From Squalus acanthias (lineage: Eukaryota), in NCBI GenBank assembly GCA_030390025.1, contig CM059438.1, forward strand, positions 62,560,001-62,624,000: 64,000 bases of DNA, read 5' to 3'. The notes under the pieces were generated by a model. That model was not told the DNA's origin and did not search any database. It was given only the letters and a program-made list of their open reading frames with translations. Below are positions 1-12,789 of the stretch, piece after piece. The translations under genes and the position numbers were made by a program. Positions within the stretch are counted from its first letter, which is position 1; each line of letters begins with the position of its first letter.

Positions 1-66
1 CTCTGAAGTAGTAGGTCGTGATTTCAAGCCCCAGTCCAGATACTTGAGCACAAAATCTTTGTACCT

Positions 67-152
67 TTACCTGACGAAGGGGCGACAGCTCCGAAAGCTT
101 GTAATTTTAAATAAATCTGTTGGACTATAACCTGGTGTTGTGCGACTTCTCA
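67..152 (+). mobile_element. Penelope-like pLTR fragment with minimal hammerhead ribozyme core (family A)
   Basis: TTAC-CTGACGA-a-GGGGC-gaca-GCTCC-GAAA-GCTT-GTAA at 67-104, then AATAAA and the same downstream sequence as the copies at 36.8, 39.9, 40.2, 44.2 and 44.4 kb. Confidence 0.8.
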
Positions 153-344
153 TTTTTTTACATAGAATTACATAGACTTTACCGCACAGAAACAGGCCAT
201 TCGGCCCAACCGGTCTGTGCCGGTGTTTATGCTCCACACGAGCCTCCTACCACCCTACTTCATTTAAACCTATCAGCATCTCTTTCTATTGCTTTCTCCC
301 ACATGTACTTATCCAGCTTCCCCCTTAAAGGCGTCAATTCCTGA

Positions 345-775
345 CTTCAATTCCGATCTTCAATTGCCTGGTTTACGGGAGCTTTGTCTCCCAGATGGGC
401 GATGGGGCCAAAGAGAGCCCGACGACGATTAATGATGGCTTCAATCTTCTCACAGTTCTCGTTGTTACACTTGTACTGAGGATGAAGGCAGACCATCCGA
501 TTCCCAGCAGTCGCCTCCGACAGCGCACGTGGAATGGGTCCAATCTCTTGATGTCTTGCTGAAGCTGCGTCCATGCTTCAGATCCATACCAAAGGTGTTG
601 GTAAGATGCAGGTCTGATAGATCCGCGCTTTCGTAGAGATTTTCACTTTCTTTTGACTCCAGACCCTGTGCGGGTCCTTCGTTGCTGAAGCTGCTACGTT
701 GATTATCCTCAGTACATCTGACTCCCCAACCCCATCTGAGAACAGTTTTCTACCTAGGTAGATAAAGTCCTCAGA
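345..775 (-). mobile_element. RTE-clade LINE fragment (degenerate C-terminal part of RT)
   Basis: Minus-strand frames read DFIYLG...RVW...STKARIYQTCILPT, then after a frameshift SEAWT...RLDPFHVRCRRRLLGI.W, typical of the RTE LINE ORF C-terminus. Confidence 0.7.
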
Positions 776-897
776 CAAAAGCAAAATACTGCGGATGCTG
801 GAAATCTGAAATAAAAACAGTGGAAACACTCAGCGGTTCTGGCAGGACCTGCAGAGAGAGAGAAACAGTCAACGTTTCAGGTCGTTGACCTTTCATC
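776..897 (-). mobile_element. Penelope-like 3' end fragment (family B) with truncated hammerhead
   Basis: Reverse complement reads gATGAaaggtcaacgacctGAAACgttgac..., matching the 55.1-kb pLTR, but the CUGA of the core is lost. Confidence 0.65.
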
Positions 898-1384
898 CTC
901 CATGTCCATCAACTTGAATGTCTTGTTGAGTAGCCTAAGGTTAAAATCCTATTTTGTGAAACTGAATGCAGCAAAATTTAAAGGAAAAGAAAGTTGCAGG
1001 GCCATGGGGAAAGAGCAGGGGAGCGGGACTAATTTCCCATGCTTTCAAAGAGCCGGCACAGGCACGATGGGCCGAATGGCCTCCTTCTGTGCTGCATGTA
1101 ATCTGATAAGTTACGGGCTAGCGCCAGAAGAAGTGACCATGGAAGATGCCAGATTGCTATTTTTTTTAAAAAAAACAACTAATGTCCTTCAGGGAAGGGA
1201 ACCTGGTCTTCCTACACCTGATTCCGGTCCTATGTTATGTGGTTGACTTTTAATGCTGTCGAACCTAAGGAAGCTGCTCCGTGGTTACACAGTTGTTTCA
1301 CTACCATTTCAAGGCAACTGGAAACGGATAATAAATTGCAGAGTCGCCCACTTCCTAAAACCAGATAAAAACACAAAATAAATA

Positions 1385-1650
1385 GAATCATACAATCATA
1401 TAATCGAGTCTGTGCCGGCCCTTTCGAAGAGCAATCCAGTTAGTCCCACTCCCCCTGCTGTTTCCCCATATCCCTGCGATTTTTTCCCTTTTAAGTATTT
1501 ATCCAATTCCCTTTTGAAAACTCCCATTGAATTTGTTTCCACCACCCTTTAAGGCAGTGCATTCCAAATCCTAACCACTCGTTGTGTAATAAAAAAGTTT
1601 TTCCTCATGTCACCTCTGGTTCTTTTGCCAATCACCTTAAATCTGTGCCC
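1385..1650 (-). mobile_element. CR1 LINE 3' fragment
   Basis: GHRFKVIGKRTRGDMRKNFF.TQRVVRIWNALP motif plus CR1 3' UTR. Confidence 0.8.
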
Positions 1651-1724
1651 TCTATCTACACCCTTTCTGATTTTAAACACTGCAGTTCTACTTACATGTC
1701 GGTGAATGCTATCGGAATTGACTT

Positions 1725-2140
1725 TTTTTATTCGTTTGTGGAATGTGGGCGTCGCTGGCCAGGCCGGCATTTGCCCATCCCTAATTGCCCTTGAGAAGGT
1801 GGTGGTGAGCTGCCTTCTTGAACCGCTGCAGTCCATGTGGTGATGGTACTCCCACAGTGCTGTTAGGGAGGGAGTTCCTGGATTTTGACCCAGCAACGAT
1901 GAAGGATCGGCGATATATTCCCAAGTCAGGATGGTGTGTGACTTGGAGGGGAACTTGGAGGTGGTGGTGTTCCCATGCGCCTGCTGCCCTTGTCCTTCTA
2001 GGTGGAAGATGTCGCGGGTTTGGGAGGTGCTGCTGAAGAAGCCTTGGCGAGTTGCTGCAGTGCATCTTGTAGATGGTACACACTGCAGCCACAGTATGCC
2101 GATGGTGAAGGGAGTGAATGTTTAAGGTGGTGGATGGGGT
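1725..2140 (-). mobile_element. CR1/L2-group LINE 3' fragment (second family)
   Basis: AAVCTIYKMHCSNSPRLL.QHLPNPR...SWNSLP; near-identical copies at about 5.0, 6.3 and 11.2 kb. Confidence 0.75.
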
Positions 2141-2939
2141 GACTCAAAAGGATTAAAGACTGGATGGTGCATTTAAACACTGTGTTTTAAAAAGAGCAAA
2201 GAAACAGAAAAAGGTTTTTGCTCTGAACCTGAGTTGAAAACACAAAAGCTGGTGTGCGGAGAGGGAAGTGAAAACGTCTCTACCAGCTGCACTGCGGTTT
2301 GCAGTTTCAGTCACTGCCAGTTACCATCTCGCTGGCACTCTGCTGGAGAAAGCAGAGTTCAAGCGATAGAGGGCACCAGATGTGGCACAGAGAAAGAGGA
2401 AGTGCTGGTGCGACCCGAGTTTCAAACAGCTTAAAATGATCTCACAGCTGCGATCGCAATTATTTTTATTGCAAAAATACACTTGTAAAAATTCTGCACT
2501 AGGTTCCGCTTTTCTTATTTTCGGTCTATAAATCAGGGACAATCGGTGATCTGTTTAGCATAACATTTGGTTCATTTAATGGAGGATTGACTCAGTAAGA
2601 AATGCCATTGAAATATAGAATACCTATTTTAGCAACAAAAAAAAATGACTGTGACTCCATATTAAGATAGAAAATAAGTGTGGTTATAAAGTAGGTGATT
2701 ACTGTAGAATATAAAAGTGGGCTGCAATGCTGATTTCTATGACTAATACTTTGATAGACAATGTATGCAATGAATAAAGAAATCAACTCAGGTAGAATGA
2801 GTTTCATTGTTGTGTTAAAATTGGAAATGGATTTCAAACCCTCCACTCCACTGATATCCCAGTTCACATGCCTTGGCAGTTCGGCTTTAGTTTCTTGGAT
2901 CTTTAAATCCAATTTAATTGTTTCCACTTGTAGAGTCCA

Positions 2940-3200
2940 CTTGGAGTCCAAAACTAGGCGTCATAAAAATAAGATAGTCACTAATAAATCCAATAAGGAA
3001 TTCAGGAGAAACTTCTTTACCCAGAGAATGGTTACAATGTGGAACTCACTACCACAAAGAGGAGTTGAGGCAAATAGCATAGATGCATTTAAAGGGAAGC
3101 TAGATAAGTACATGAGGGAGATAGGAATAGAAGGATATGCTAATAGGGTGAAGAAGAGGGGTGGGAGGAGGCTCGTGTTGGGCTGAATGGCCTGTTTCTG
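2940..3200 (+). mobile_element. CR1 LINE 3' fragment
   Basis: SKTRRH...EFRRNFFTQRMVTMWNSLPQ...AFKGKLDKYM. Confidence 0.8.
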
Positions 3201-3204
3201 TGCG

Positions 3205-4946
3205 ATTTCGCCTCCCTGGGCAGATCCGTGGCGCGTCCTGACCCCGCTGCTGGCTCCATCCCGGCCTCCGACATGACTTTCCCCTGATTGGGCTTGTTAA
3301 ACTCGCCCAGCTCATTTCCCGGCCAATTGAAGGAAGCAGGTCTGATGACGTCATTTGATGACACGTCATCAGCCGGTTTCCTTAAAGGGACCATGCGCAA
3401 ATTTACTTTTGACAGTTGTGCTGTCAGTGTTCTACAGCACTGAGGTGCTGCAAACACTGACAAGCACTGCACAGAGGTGCAAGGCTGCACCCAGGCTCTC
3501 CCATGATTCCCTCCATAAGCATATGGAGAGAGTCACAGCACTTCAAATGGGCGGAAGAGACTGCCCCAGAAGATCAACACAGCCTGGTTGCACATTGCAC
3601 AGGAGGGCACAAGCAGGGATGTCGTCAGGAGGACCAGGCTGCAGTGGTGCAAGCCTTTCAATTATCTCAGTAGATCACGAAATGTTACTGCAAAGCCACA
3701 CTCAACCTCATCCTGCTGTGCCACTCATCACATCCCCACCACTCTGCCTTCCCTACCCTACTCTTGCACATCTTTACTCACACCAACTTACCTTGCACCT
3801 CCACCCATCCCTCTCTATCTCCATTATCACTTCCCCATCTCACCAGCCACCCCTCACACTCACCCTCATCCTAGTCTAATCATACCAACTAACAACACAC
3901 AAGGGTAGGCACTTGTGTGTTTTAGCCAATGTTCATGTGAAGTTTCTGTTCATGTGCTGTCAAACATTGAAGTCTTTATTTTCAACACTGCGTTCTTGGA
4001 CAGATTTGTGTGCACCTTTAGAAGTGGCTCAGTGAGTTGCAGTGAATGGTGAGACATAATGGTATCCCCGCAATGGCGATGAGTGTGAAAGGAATGGCTT
4101 GGGCATTGTAGGGATGCTTTATGGTGTTGGTGTGGGGTGGTGCCAACCTGGCGCATCATGTGGCAGCCAGGGTGTACAGCGTCAAGTGAAGTAAATCTGG
4201 CCATGGTGCGGCCATCCCTGGCCTCCCGGGCAGCAATGTGGTCGGGTGCTGATGCCCTCTGTCCTGTGCAGCATCAGGTGATTGCGGAGAAGATTGGTGT
4301 GGTTGTTGGTACTGCTGGTGTGCCTGGTGATGCTGGTGTTGGTGCTGATCGTGGTCCGATTCTGAGGAGCAAGGTGAGAGAGTATAAACTGTACCCATGC
4401 TGATGGAATAGATGGCAGGTGAACTTGAGATGACAGAAGCGATCTGTCAATGGTGAGAGAGGTTGTTCCAATGAGGTGACACTGGATAGAGAGTTTGCTC
4501 CAAACACTTGCAACCTGCATAAAGCTCAATCTGTCTTCCAAATGCAGTAAACAACAGCTTCTGAGCTTGGAAAGTGAACAGCTGTGAGATGGGAGCTTTT
4601 ATAGCACATTACAAGCTGTCAAGTAATGAGATGATTCAATGGCCATTCAACTCCCGCCCAGCTTAACAGACGTGATCCCCGAGCAGCGTGGACCCCGTTG
4701 GCGAGCTGGTAAATTCTGAAAGTGAGCTCAAAATTGTTGTTAATCCTCTGTTAACAAAGTCATAATGACCTGAATTGCCTTCCCCGCCGCTGCCTGTCGG
4801 GTCTGCTCAGCGCTGACAGACCCGACATTTGGTAAAGGCACGTGGCGGTGGGTTGACAGCGGGGTCCCGACCCGTGGTCAAAAAAAACACTTTCCCACCT
4901 GACCCACCACCGATCCCGCCCGCTGACCTCCCGGGAAATTCCCCCC
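3205..4946. mobile_element. Degenerate, internally deleted PIF/Harbinger-like DNA transposon (Myb/SANT remnant on +, nuclease remnant on -)
   Basis: Plus strand AAPRLSHDSL... and WLHIAQE.TS...RT.LQW.K.FNYL resemble the Harbinger Myb/SANT domain; minus strand ends AAREARDGRTMARFT* like a HARBI1-type C-terminus; right end GGGAAATTCCCCCC is TIR-like. Confidence 0.55.
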
Positions 4947-4974
4947 TATGTAATGTTCCAAGACAGCCTATGGC

Positions 4975-5340
4975 ACCATCTACAAGGCACAAGTAAGGAG
5001 TGTGATGGAATACTCTCCACTTGCCTGGATGAGTGCAGCTCCAACAACACTCAAGAAGCTCGACAAGGGCAGCAGGTGTATGGGAACACCCACCACCTCC
5101 AAGTTCCTCTCCAAGTCACACACCACCCTGACTTGGAAATACATCGGCCGTTCCTTCATTGTCGCTGGGTCAAAATCCTGGAACTCCCTCCCTAACAGCA
5201 CTGTGGGAGTACCTTCACCACACGGACTGCAGTGGTTCAAGAAGGCGACTCACCACCACCTTCTCAAGGGCAACTAGGGATGGGCAGTAAATGCTGGCAT
5301 TGCCAGCGACACCCACATCCCATAAAAACGAATAAAGAAA
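4975..5340 (+). mobile_element. CR1/L2-group LINE 3' fragment with internal deletion
   Basis: TIYKAQVRSVMEYSPLAWMSAAPTTLKKLD...SWNSLP...HHHLLKGN*. Confidence 0.75.
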
Positions 5341-5809
5341 AAGATAAGGCTCTCTGCAGAAGCCATGAAGTGTATGATTCAGGATCTAACCTATTATTTC
5401 ACTGGCTCGAGTACAGGAAGGGAATCCCCAAGGCAAGCATTGGGGGTAGTTGCTTCAGCCCTGAGTATTGATCCAATATGTGATCTGGGCGCAAATTGCA
5501 CTCAAAATTGCGCTAGTTTTAAGAAGTTGCTGCAATGAATTAGTCAGAAAGATTTCTGTGTATATAGGACATGTGATGGTCGGGAGATCTGTTGTATTAC
5601 AAATCATCATTTTTTTTTATGTGTATTTATAAGATGTGACTTGTCACCTTAATTTCTATCTTTCACTCACTAATGCCTTTACCCACTGTCTGAAATGTAT
5701 GATTTTTAAATTAACCGTTTCAGCAAAATTTTGTTTTGATTGAAGGAGAACAATATTGCGACAGAGGAAACACATTGAGTGGATTCCTGTTCCACTGACC
5801 AAAGAGCAT

Positions 5810-6090
5810 GTCAATATTGCACTTTATTAACCTTATTATGTCCCCAGAACACCACAAAGTGACTTCACAACCAATGAATTACTTTTGAAGTGCAGTCGTT
5901 GTTGTGATTTAGGCAACTGTGGCAGCCAACACAGCAAGGCCCCGCAAACAGCAAATGGATAAATCACCACAAGATCTGTTTTTGGTTGAGGGAGGAATGT
6001 TGGCCAAGATAACAGGAGAACTCCTTGCTCTTCCCAGATAGCGGCATGAGTTCTTTTACATTCACCTCAACAACCTGACAGGGGTTCAGT
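5810..6090 (-). mobile_element. Degenerate Deu-domain SINE
   Basis: Diverged match to the SINE copies at 11.9, 30.4, 51.7 and 60.0 kb. Confidence 0.55.
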
Positions 6091-6094
6091 TGAA

Positions 6095-7440
6095 GTCCAG
6101 TGGAGGTCCAAAGAGACTTGGGGGGGTCAATGTACATAGATCATTAAAAGGTCATGGACAGGTACAGAAAATAATCAAAAAGGCTAATGGAACGCTGACC
6201 TTTATAGGAACATAGATACAGAAGTAGGCCATTTAGCCCCTCGAGCCTGTTTTTAAAAAATTCGTTTGTGGGATGTGGGCGTCGCTGGCAAGGCCAGCAT
6301 TTATTGTCCATCCCTAATTGCCCTTGAGAAGGTGGTGGTGAGCCGCTTTCTTGAACCGCTGTGGTGAAGGTACTCCCACAGTGCTGTTAGGTAGGGAGTT
6401 CCAGGATTTTGACCCAGCGACGATGAAGGATCGGCGATATACTTCAAAGTCAGGATGGTGTGTGACTTGGAGGGGAACTTGGAGGTGGTGCTGCTCCAAT
6501 GCATCTGCTGCCCTTGTCCTTCTAGGTGGAAGAGGTCGCGGGTTTGGGAGGTGCTGCCGAAGAAGCCTTGGCGAGTTGCTGCAGTGCATCTTGTAGATGG
6601 TACACACTGCAGCCACGGTACGCCGGTGGTGGAGGGAGTGAATGTTTAAGGTGGTGGATGGGGTGCCAATCGAGCGGGCTGCTTTGTCCTGATGGTGTCG
6701 AGCTTCTTGAGTGTTGTTGGAGCTGCACTCATCCAGGCAAGTGGAGAGTATTCCATCACACTTCTTACTTGTGCCTTGTAGATGGTAGAAATGCTTTGGG
6801 GAGTCAGGAGGTGAGACCTGCGATCTAACTCCATATACCCACCATTGCCTTAATACCTTTGGTTAACAAAAATCCAACAATCTCTGATTTAAAATTAACA
6901 ATTGATCTAGCATCAACTGCTGTTTGCGGAAGAGAGTTCCAAACTTCTACCACCCTTTGTGTGTAGGAGTGTTTCCTAACTTCACTGCTGAAAGGTCTGG
7001 CTCTAATTTTTAGACTATGCCCCCTAGTCCTAGAATCCCCAACCAGCAGAAAAAGTTTCTCTCTATCTACCCTACCCTTAATATCTTGAAATCTTTGATC
7101 AAATCACCCCCTAAACTTCTAAGTTCCAGGGAATACAACCCTAGTTTGTGTAATCTTTCCTTGTAATTTAACCCTTGGAGTCCAGGTAACATTCTGTTAA
7201 ACCTACGCTGCACTCCCTCCAAGGCCAGTATGTCCTTCCTCAGGTGTGGTGCCCAGAACTGCTCACAGTACTCCAGGTGTGGTCTAACCAGGGCTTTGTA
7301 CAGCTGTACCCTGATGTGTACCACTGATTCTATGGGGGTAAATATATCTAGAGGACTAGAATACAAGGGGGTAAAAGCTATGCTGCAGGTATTCAGAGCC
7401 CTGGTTAGACCACACCTGGAGTACTGTGTGCAGTTCTCCA
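6095..7440. mobile_element. Nested LINE cluster: + strand CR1 split by a - strand CR1 (about 6208-7310), itself split by a second LINE family (about 6252-6815)
   Basis: The + CR1 piece ending KKANG.L.FI at about 6205 resumes as SRGLEYKG...LVRPHLEYCVQF at about 7345; the intervening - strand CR1 is interrupted by the YKAQVRSVMEYSPLAW family. Confidence 0.7.
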
Positions 7441-8074
7441 CCCACAAATCTGCAGCCCCCGACTCTCAAATGTGACTATCCTGCAGTTGCTCTTGTTCAG
7501 GAGTCTCTCAACATTGCGACCAGATTTTCAGGTGCAGCAGGAAGCAAAAAAAACCCCATTTCTGGTCTTTTAATTGCAATTTCTTCACCGTTTTTTTTAA
7601 AGAGAAGCCGCTCTGTATTTTCCGTTTCTTTTCATGCATTTTTATGGCAAAGTATAAGTCACATTAAAAATTGAAAAGCTTCCGCGATTGCGGGTTCTTA
7701 AACATGCTGGGCCGGAGTTTCCGCTCGGTTCACGCTGGTTTTTTTTTCAGCACAATTTTGCCTGAATATCGGCCAAACCAGCGCAAAAGACTGAGGAACT
7801 TCCAGGGCAAATTACGTTCAGCAAAAATCGAGTTTCCGCGATCTTTTGCGTGGTTTAAAAAAAACATCGCGCTGGAAGCCGGCCCCGCCCACGAAACCTG
7901 CCACGCCCCCCCCCCCGGGTGAATTAGTCACCACGGCGCGTTTCCGCTAATTGCGCCCGTTTGCGGGCCTTCGAGGAGGCTCTAAAGATTCAGCTGTTTT
8001 AGGCGCAAAGGACACAAACATGCACCTTTTAAATATTAATTTATGTTTAAATTTATCATGAAACTGGCTAGTGT

Positions 8075-9560
8075 AGAAACATAGAAACATAGAAAATAGG
8101 TACAGGAGTAGACCATTCGGTCCTTCGAGCCTGCACCGCCATTCAATGCGTTCATGGCTGAACATGCTACCTCAGTACCCCATTCCTGCTTTCTCGCCAT
8201 ACCCCTTGATCCCCCTAGTTGTGAGTATTATATCTAACTCCCATTTGAATATATTTAGCGAACTGGCCTCAACAACCTTCTGTGGAAGAGAATTCCATAG
8301 ATTCACCACTCTCTGGGTGAAGAAGTTCCTCCTCAGCTCAGTCTTAAATGGCTTCCCCTTAATCCTTAGACTGTGACCCCTGGTTCTAGTTTTCCCTAAC
8401 ATTGGGAACATTCTGCCCGCATCTAATTTGTCTAAACCAGTCAGGATTTTAAACGTCTCTATAAGATCCCCCCTCATTCTTCTGAACTCCAGAGGATACA
8501 AGTTCAGTTGATCCAGTCTTTCTTGATATGTCAGTCCGGCCATCCCAGGAATCAATCTAGTGAACCTTCGCTGCACTCCCTCAATAGCAAGAATGTCCTT
8601 CCTTAAGTTAGGAGACCAAAACTGCGCACAATACTCCAGGTGTGGCCTCACCAAGGCCCTGTACAACTGCAGCATCACCTCCCTACTCCTGTACTCAAAT
8701 CCCCTTACTATGAAGGCCATCATTCCGTTTGCTTTCTTGACTGCCTGCTGCACTTGCATTCCCACCTTCAGTGACTGATGTACCATGACGCCCAGGTCTC
8801 GTTGCACCTCCCCTTTCCCTAATCTGCCACCATTCAGGTAATAGTCCGCCTCTCTATTTTTACCACCAAAGTGGATAACCTCACATTTATCCACATTGTA
8901 CTTCATCTGCCATACATTTGCCCATTCACCCAACCTGTCCAAGTCACTCTGTAGCCTCCTAGCATCCTCCTCATTGTTCACACTGCCTCCCAATTTAGTG
9001 TCATCCGCAAATTTGGAGATATTACATTTAATCCCTTCGTCCAAATCATTAATATATAATGTAAACAGCTGGGGTCCCAGCACCGAACCCTGCGGTACCC
9101 CGCTGGTCACTGCCTGCCATTCTGAAAAGTACCCATTTACTCCTACTCTTTGTTTCCTGTGTGCCAACCAGTTCTCAATCCACGTCAACACATTACCCCC
9201 AATCCCATGTGCTTTAACTTTGCTCACCAATCTCTTGTGTGGGACCTTGTCGAAGGCCTTCTGAAAGTCCAAATACACCACATCTACTGGTTCCCCCCTG
9301 TCCACCCTATTGGAAACATACTCAAAAAATTCCAGAAGATTTGTCAAGCATGATTTCCCTTTCACAAATCCATGCTGACTTGGACCTATCATGTCACCAC
9401 TTTCCAAATGGTCTGTTATGACATCTTTAATAATTGCTTCCATCATTTTACCCACGACCGATGTCAGGTCTATAATTCCCTGCTTCCTCCCTCTTTTTTT
9501 AAAAAGAGGGGTTACATTGGCCACCCTCCACTCCATCGGAACTGATCCAGAGTCTAATGT
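8075..9560 (-). mobile_element. 5'-truncated CR1 LINE with largely open ORF2 reverse transcriptase region
   Basis: ORF 8172-9644 has QHGF.KGKSCLTNL, LDFQKAFDKV, GVPQGSVLGP, FADD and LVRPHLEY motifs; 3' tail of TTTCTATG-type repeats at about 8075-8098. Confidence 0.95.
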
Positions 9561-9594
9561 AACCAGTAAATGGCTCAGTCGAGTTTTGTAAAGC

Positions 9595-9936
9595 CCTTTC
9601 CAGTTATTTAAAATTGGGTTTCTCACAGGTGGTGAACTGGACACTTTGATTAAAAATGCGTGTGTTTTGAGATAAACCCATTTTCAGCTGTATTAATATA
9701 ACGGCACCCGGTTACCGCTCTTAAATACATCAAGGGATATTTTCTATCGCAGTTTAAAAAAAAAAGCCGAATTACGTTCGAAAACGCTGCCCGATCGCGC
9801 TGGTTCGTGGGAGATTTTACGTTCGGCGATATGCAAATGAGTTTGAGTGGAAACTTGAGCAAAAAAAAAATCTTCTTCAAACGAGCGCAACTTGTGCCCG
9901 GATCGCCGATTGCACCCAAAGCAGAAACTCTTGGCC
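9595..9936. mobile_element. MITE-like dispersed repeat (copy 1 of the 58.7-kb family)
   Basis: Colinear similarity to 58698-59215 (CAGTTATTTAAAA..., CCCGATCGCGCTGGTTC, GATATGCAAATGA). Confidence 0.65.
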
Positions 9937-10029
9937 GCTGCGTCTGGTGTGTATGAATGATGGTTAAATGAGTTGAAACTTAAATTTTCATACTTAAAGA
10001 AGAAATATACTAGTATAGGTTCTGACTGC

Positions 10030-10465
10030 TTACATAGAAACATAGAAGAAACATAGAAAAATAGGAGCAGGAGTAGGCCATTCAGCCCTTCGAGCCTGCT
10101 CCGCCATTCAATATGATCATGGCTGATCCTCTATCTCAATACCATATTCCCGCTCTCTCCCCATACCCCTTGATGCCTTTTGTGTCTTGAAATCTATCTA
10201 TCTCCTTCTTAAATATATTCAGTGACTTGGCCTCCACAGCTTTCTGTGGTAGAGAATTCCACAGGTTCACCACCCTCTGAGTGAAGAAATTTCTCCTCAT
10301 CTCAGTCCTAAATGTCCTACCCGGTATCCTGAGACTGTGACCCCTCGTTCTAGACCCCCCCCAGCCAGGGGAAACATCCTCCCTGCATCCAGTCTGTCTA
10401 GCCCTGTCAGAATTTTATACGTTTCAATGAGATCCCCTCTCATTCTTCTAAACTCCAGTGAATAT
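10030..10465 (-). mobile_element. CR1 LINE 3' fragment
   Basis: YSLEFRRMRGDLIETYKILTGLDRLDAGRMFPL and CR1 tail. Confidence 0.85.
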
Positions 10466-11179
10466 TGATTCAGTTTACTCTGATTTACGCCCGCTTGTGC
10501 CCCTTTGAAGTTTGGGCCTACTCTCATGAGTTTGGGAGGAATACTCATTGTAACTTGACGTTGGCAAAATTGGCGCAACAGTGGGCGCAATTTCGGGTCT
10601 AACATTCGTGTTGTGCCCAAGGAGGAAACTGCCGGCCCACAAGACTTGGTCAGGAGCTGACTGCATGCTGGCCCCAGCACTACGCCTACAAACATTGTGC
10701 AGAAGGTAAAGGCTTGATTTATTGCGCTCTTGGTCCGAGAAACAATGAAAATATCCTTCCGCTCGGTTTTAATTCCTAGAATGAATGATGGATTGTTGGC
10801 AGGATATGTCAGACAGCAGATTGTCTGTGTATTCTGTGTGGTGACTGCGACAGTCGTATTTAAAGAGTGCTAAATTTGGAACAGTTCAACGCTGTGGTTC
10901 ACAGCACAGCATCGATAAGTAAAATAAAAACAATTGACTAAGATTAAAAGAAAAAGTTCTCTTTCTAAAATTGCTGGAGGAAACACCTTACAGGGCTCTG
11001 GGGAAAGAGCGGGAGCGGGACTAATTGGATCGCTCTTCCAAAGAGCCGGCACAGGCACGATGGGCCAAATGGCCTCCTTCGGTGCTGTATCATTCTACGA
11101 TTCTAAGGGGACTTTCGCCACACCCTTCACTGGGGTCGAGCTTCTGCGATATTCCTCTTAGTTTTTTTAAATATTTGAT

Positions 11180-11642
11180 CCTGGGATGTGGGTGTCGCTG
11201 GCAAGGCCAGCATTTATTGCCCATCCCTAGTTGCCCTTGAGAAGGTGGTGGTGAGCCGCCTTCTTGAACCGCTGCAGTCCGTGTGGTGAAGGTGCTCCCA
11301 CAGTGTTGTTCGGGAGGGAGTTCCAGGATTTTGATCCAGCGACGATGAAGGATCAACGATATACTTCCAAGTCAGGATGGTGTGTGACTTGGAGGGGAAC
11401 TTGGAGGTGGTGGTGTTCCCATGCTGCCCTTGTCCTTCTAGGTGGAAGAGGTCGCGGGTTTGGGAGGTGCTGCCGCAGAAGCCTTGGCGAGTTGCTGCAG
11501 TGCATCTTGTAGATGGTACACACAGCAGCCACGGTACGCCGGTGGTGGAGGGAGTGAATGTTTAAGGTGGTGGATGGGGTGCCAATCAAGCGGGCTGCTT
11601 TGTCCTGGATGGTGTCGAGCTTCTTCAGTGTTGTTGGAGCTA
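11180..11642 (-). mobile_element. CR1/L2-group LINE 3' fragment (second family)
   Basis: APTTLKKLDTIQDKAARLIG...HSLHHRRTVAAVCTIYKMHC. Confidence 0.8.
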
Positions 11643-11874
11643 TAAATACCAGTAATTTCTGCAAGGGTTCTCCCCAGTCTCCTGCCCTAACATCGGCAAA
11701 AACTGGGGAGAAACTGCGTCAATGGCCAATCCCGCCGATCTCCCACCGGTGTTACAGCGGGAGATCGATGATCCGCCACGGGACGTCTACCCAGGAAAGG
11801 TTTCTGGCAGCAACAAATGATTGCACTTGATAAAGGAAACAGAAAGGATTACTTTGCAGGGCTGAACACTGTAG

Positions 11875-12300
11875 GAAAGAAAGAAAGACTTGCATTTATA
11901 TAGCGCATTGGGTGAGATGAAGAGAGGTGGGAGGAGAATCGTGTGGAATACAAACACCGGCATAGACCAGCTGGGATGGACGGCCTGTACTTCTATGTAA
12001 TTCACAACCTCAGGACATCCCAAAGCGCTTTACCGCCAATGAAGTACTTTTTAAAGTGTGGTCACTGTTGTAATGTAGGGAAACGCGGCAGCCAATTTGC
12101 GCACAGCAAGCTCCCACAAACAGCAATGTGATAATCACCAGATAATCTGTGCTTTAGCGATGTTGGTTGAGGGATAAATATTGGCCAGGGCACCGGGGAG
12201 AACTCCCCTGCTCTTCTTCGAAATAGTGCCATGGGATCTTTCACGTCCACCTGAGAGAGGGCAGACGGGGCCTCGGTTTAACGTCTCATCCGGAAGACGG
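11875..12300 (-). mobile_element. Deu-domain SINE (SacSINE1-like) interrupted by a short CR1 tail piece
   Basis: Reverse of GATGAGACGTTAAACCGAGGCCCCGTCTGC Deu core and GCGCTATATAAATGCAAGTC tail; CR1 3' UTR piece at about 11908-11995. Confidence 0.75.
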
Positions 12301-12789
12301 ATTAAACTCGGTACATGAACGAGCCCCAGTGAGTTGATGGGCAGGTCACTGGACTGGGCCGTTAGTGACCCGAGACACCTGAGGGGGCAGATCGGCAGCT
12401 GACGGTTGACAAAACGCTAGAATTCTTCCTCTTGGTGGAAGGAATGCAAACCGTGCAGTTTTACAGTATTCTAACTTTAAGAATGAAAGCTTTCCTCATC
12501 GCCAGAGTCTTTCTCCTTTCAAACTAGAGTTGTAAGTGATTTTGAAAAAAAATGATGACACGTTTATTTTTTTGCAACTCTATCTTTTTTTTTGACATCT
12601 ATGTACAGCTACATATAGAGATGGGTTCACACACACGGGGAAGATACCCTCTGGTTTCTAGGTTTACAATGTCGCACATGCAGAGCACCCTAGGAAATCT
12701 CTCCCCTCCCACAGTGTGCCCACTTTAGCAGAAAAAGTCCGCCGCACAATTTGTGCCTTTGTGCTGAGTTACGTCGAATGACATCGCGT

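Noticed and set aside
8172..9644. 490-aa RT ORF as an active or domesticated gene
   Set aside because: 5'-truncated, lacks the endonuclease domain, has a small lesion near the start, and the N-terminal residues come from flanking DNA.
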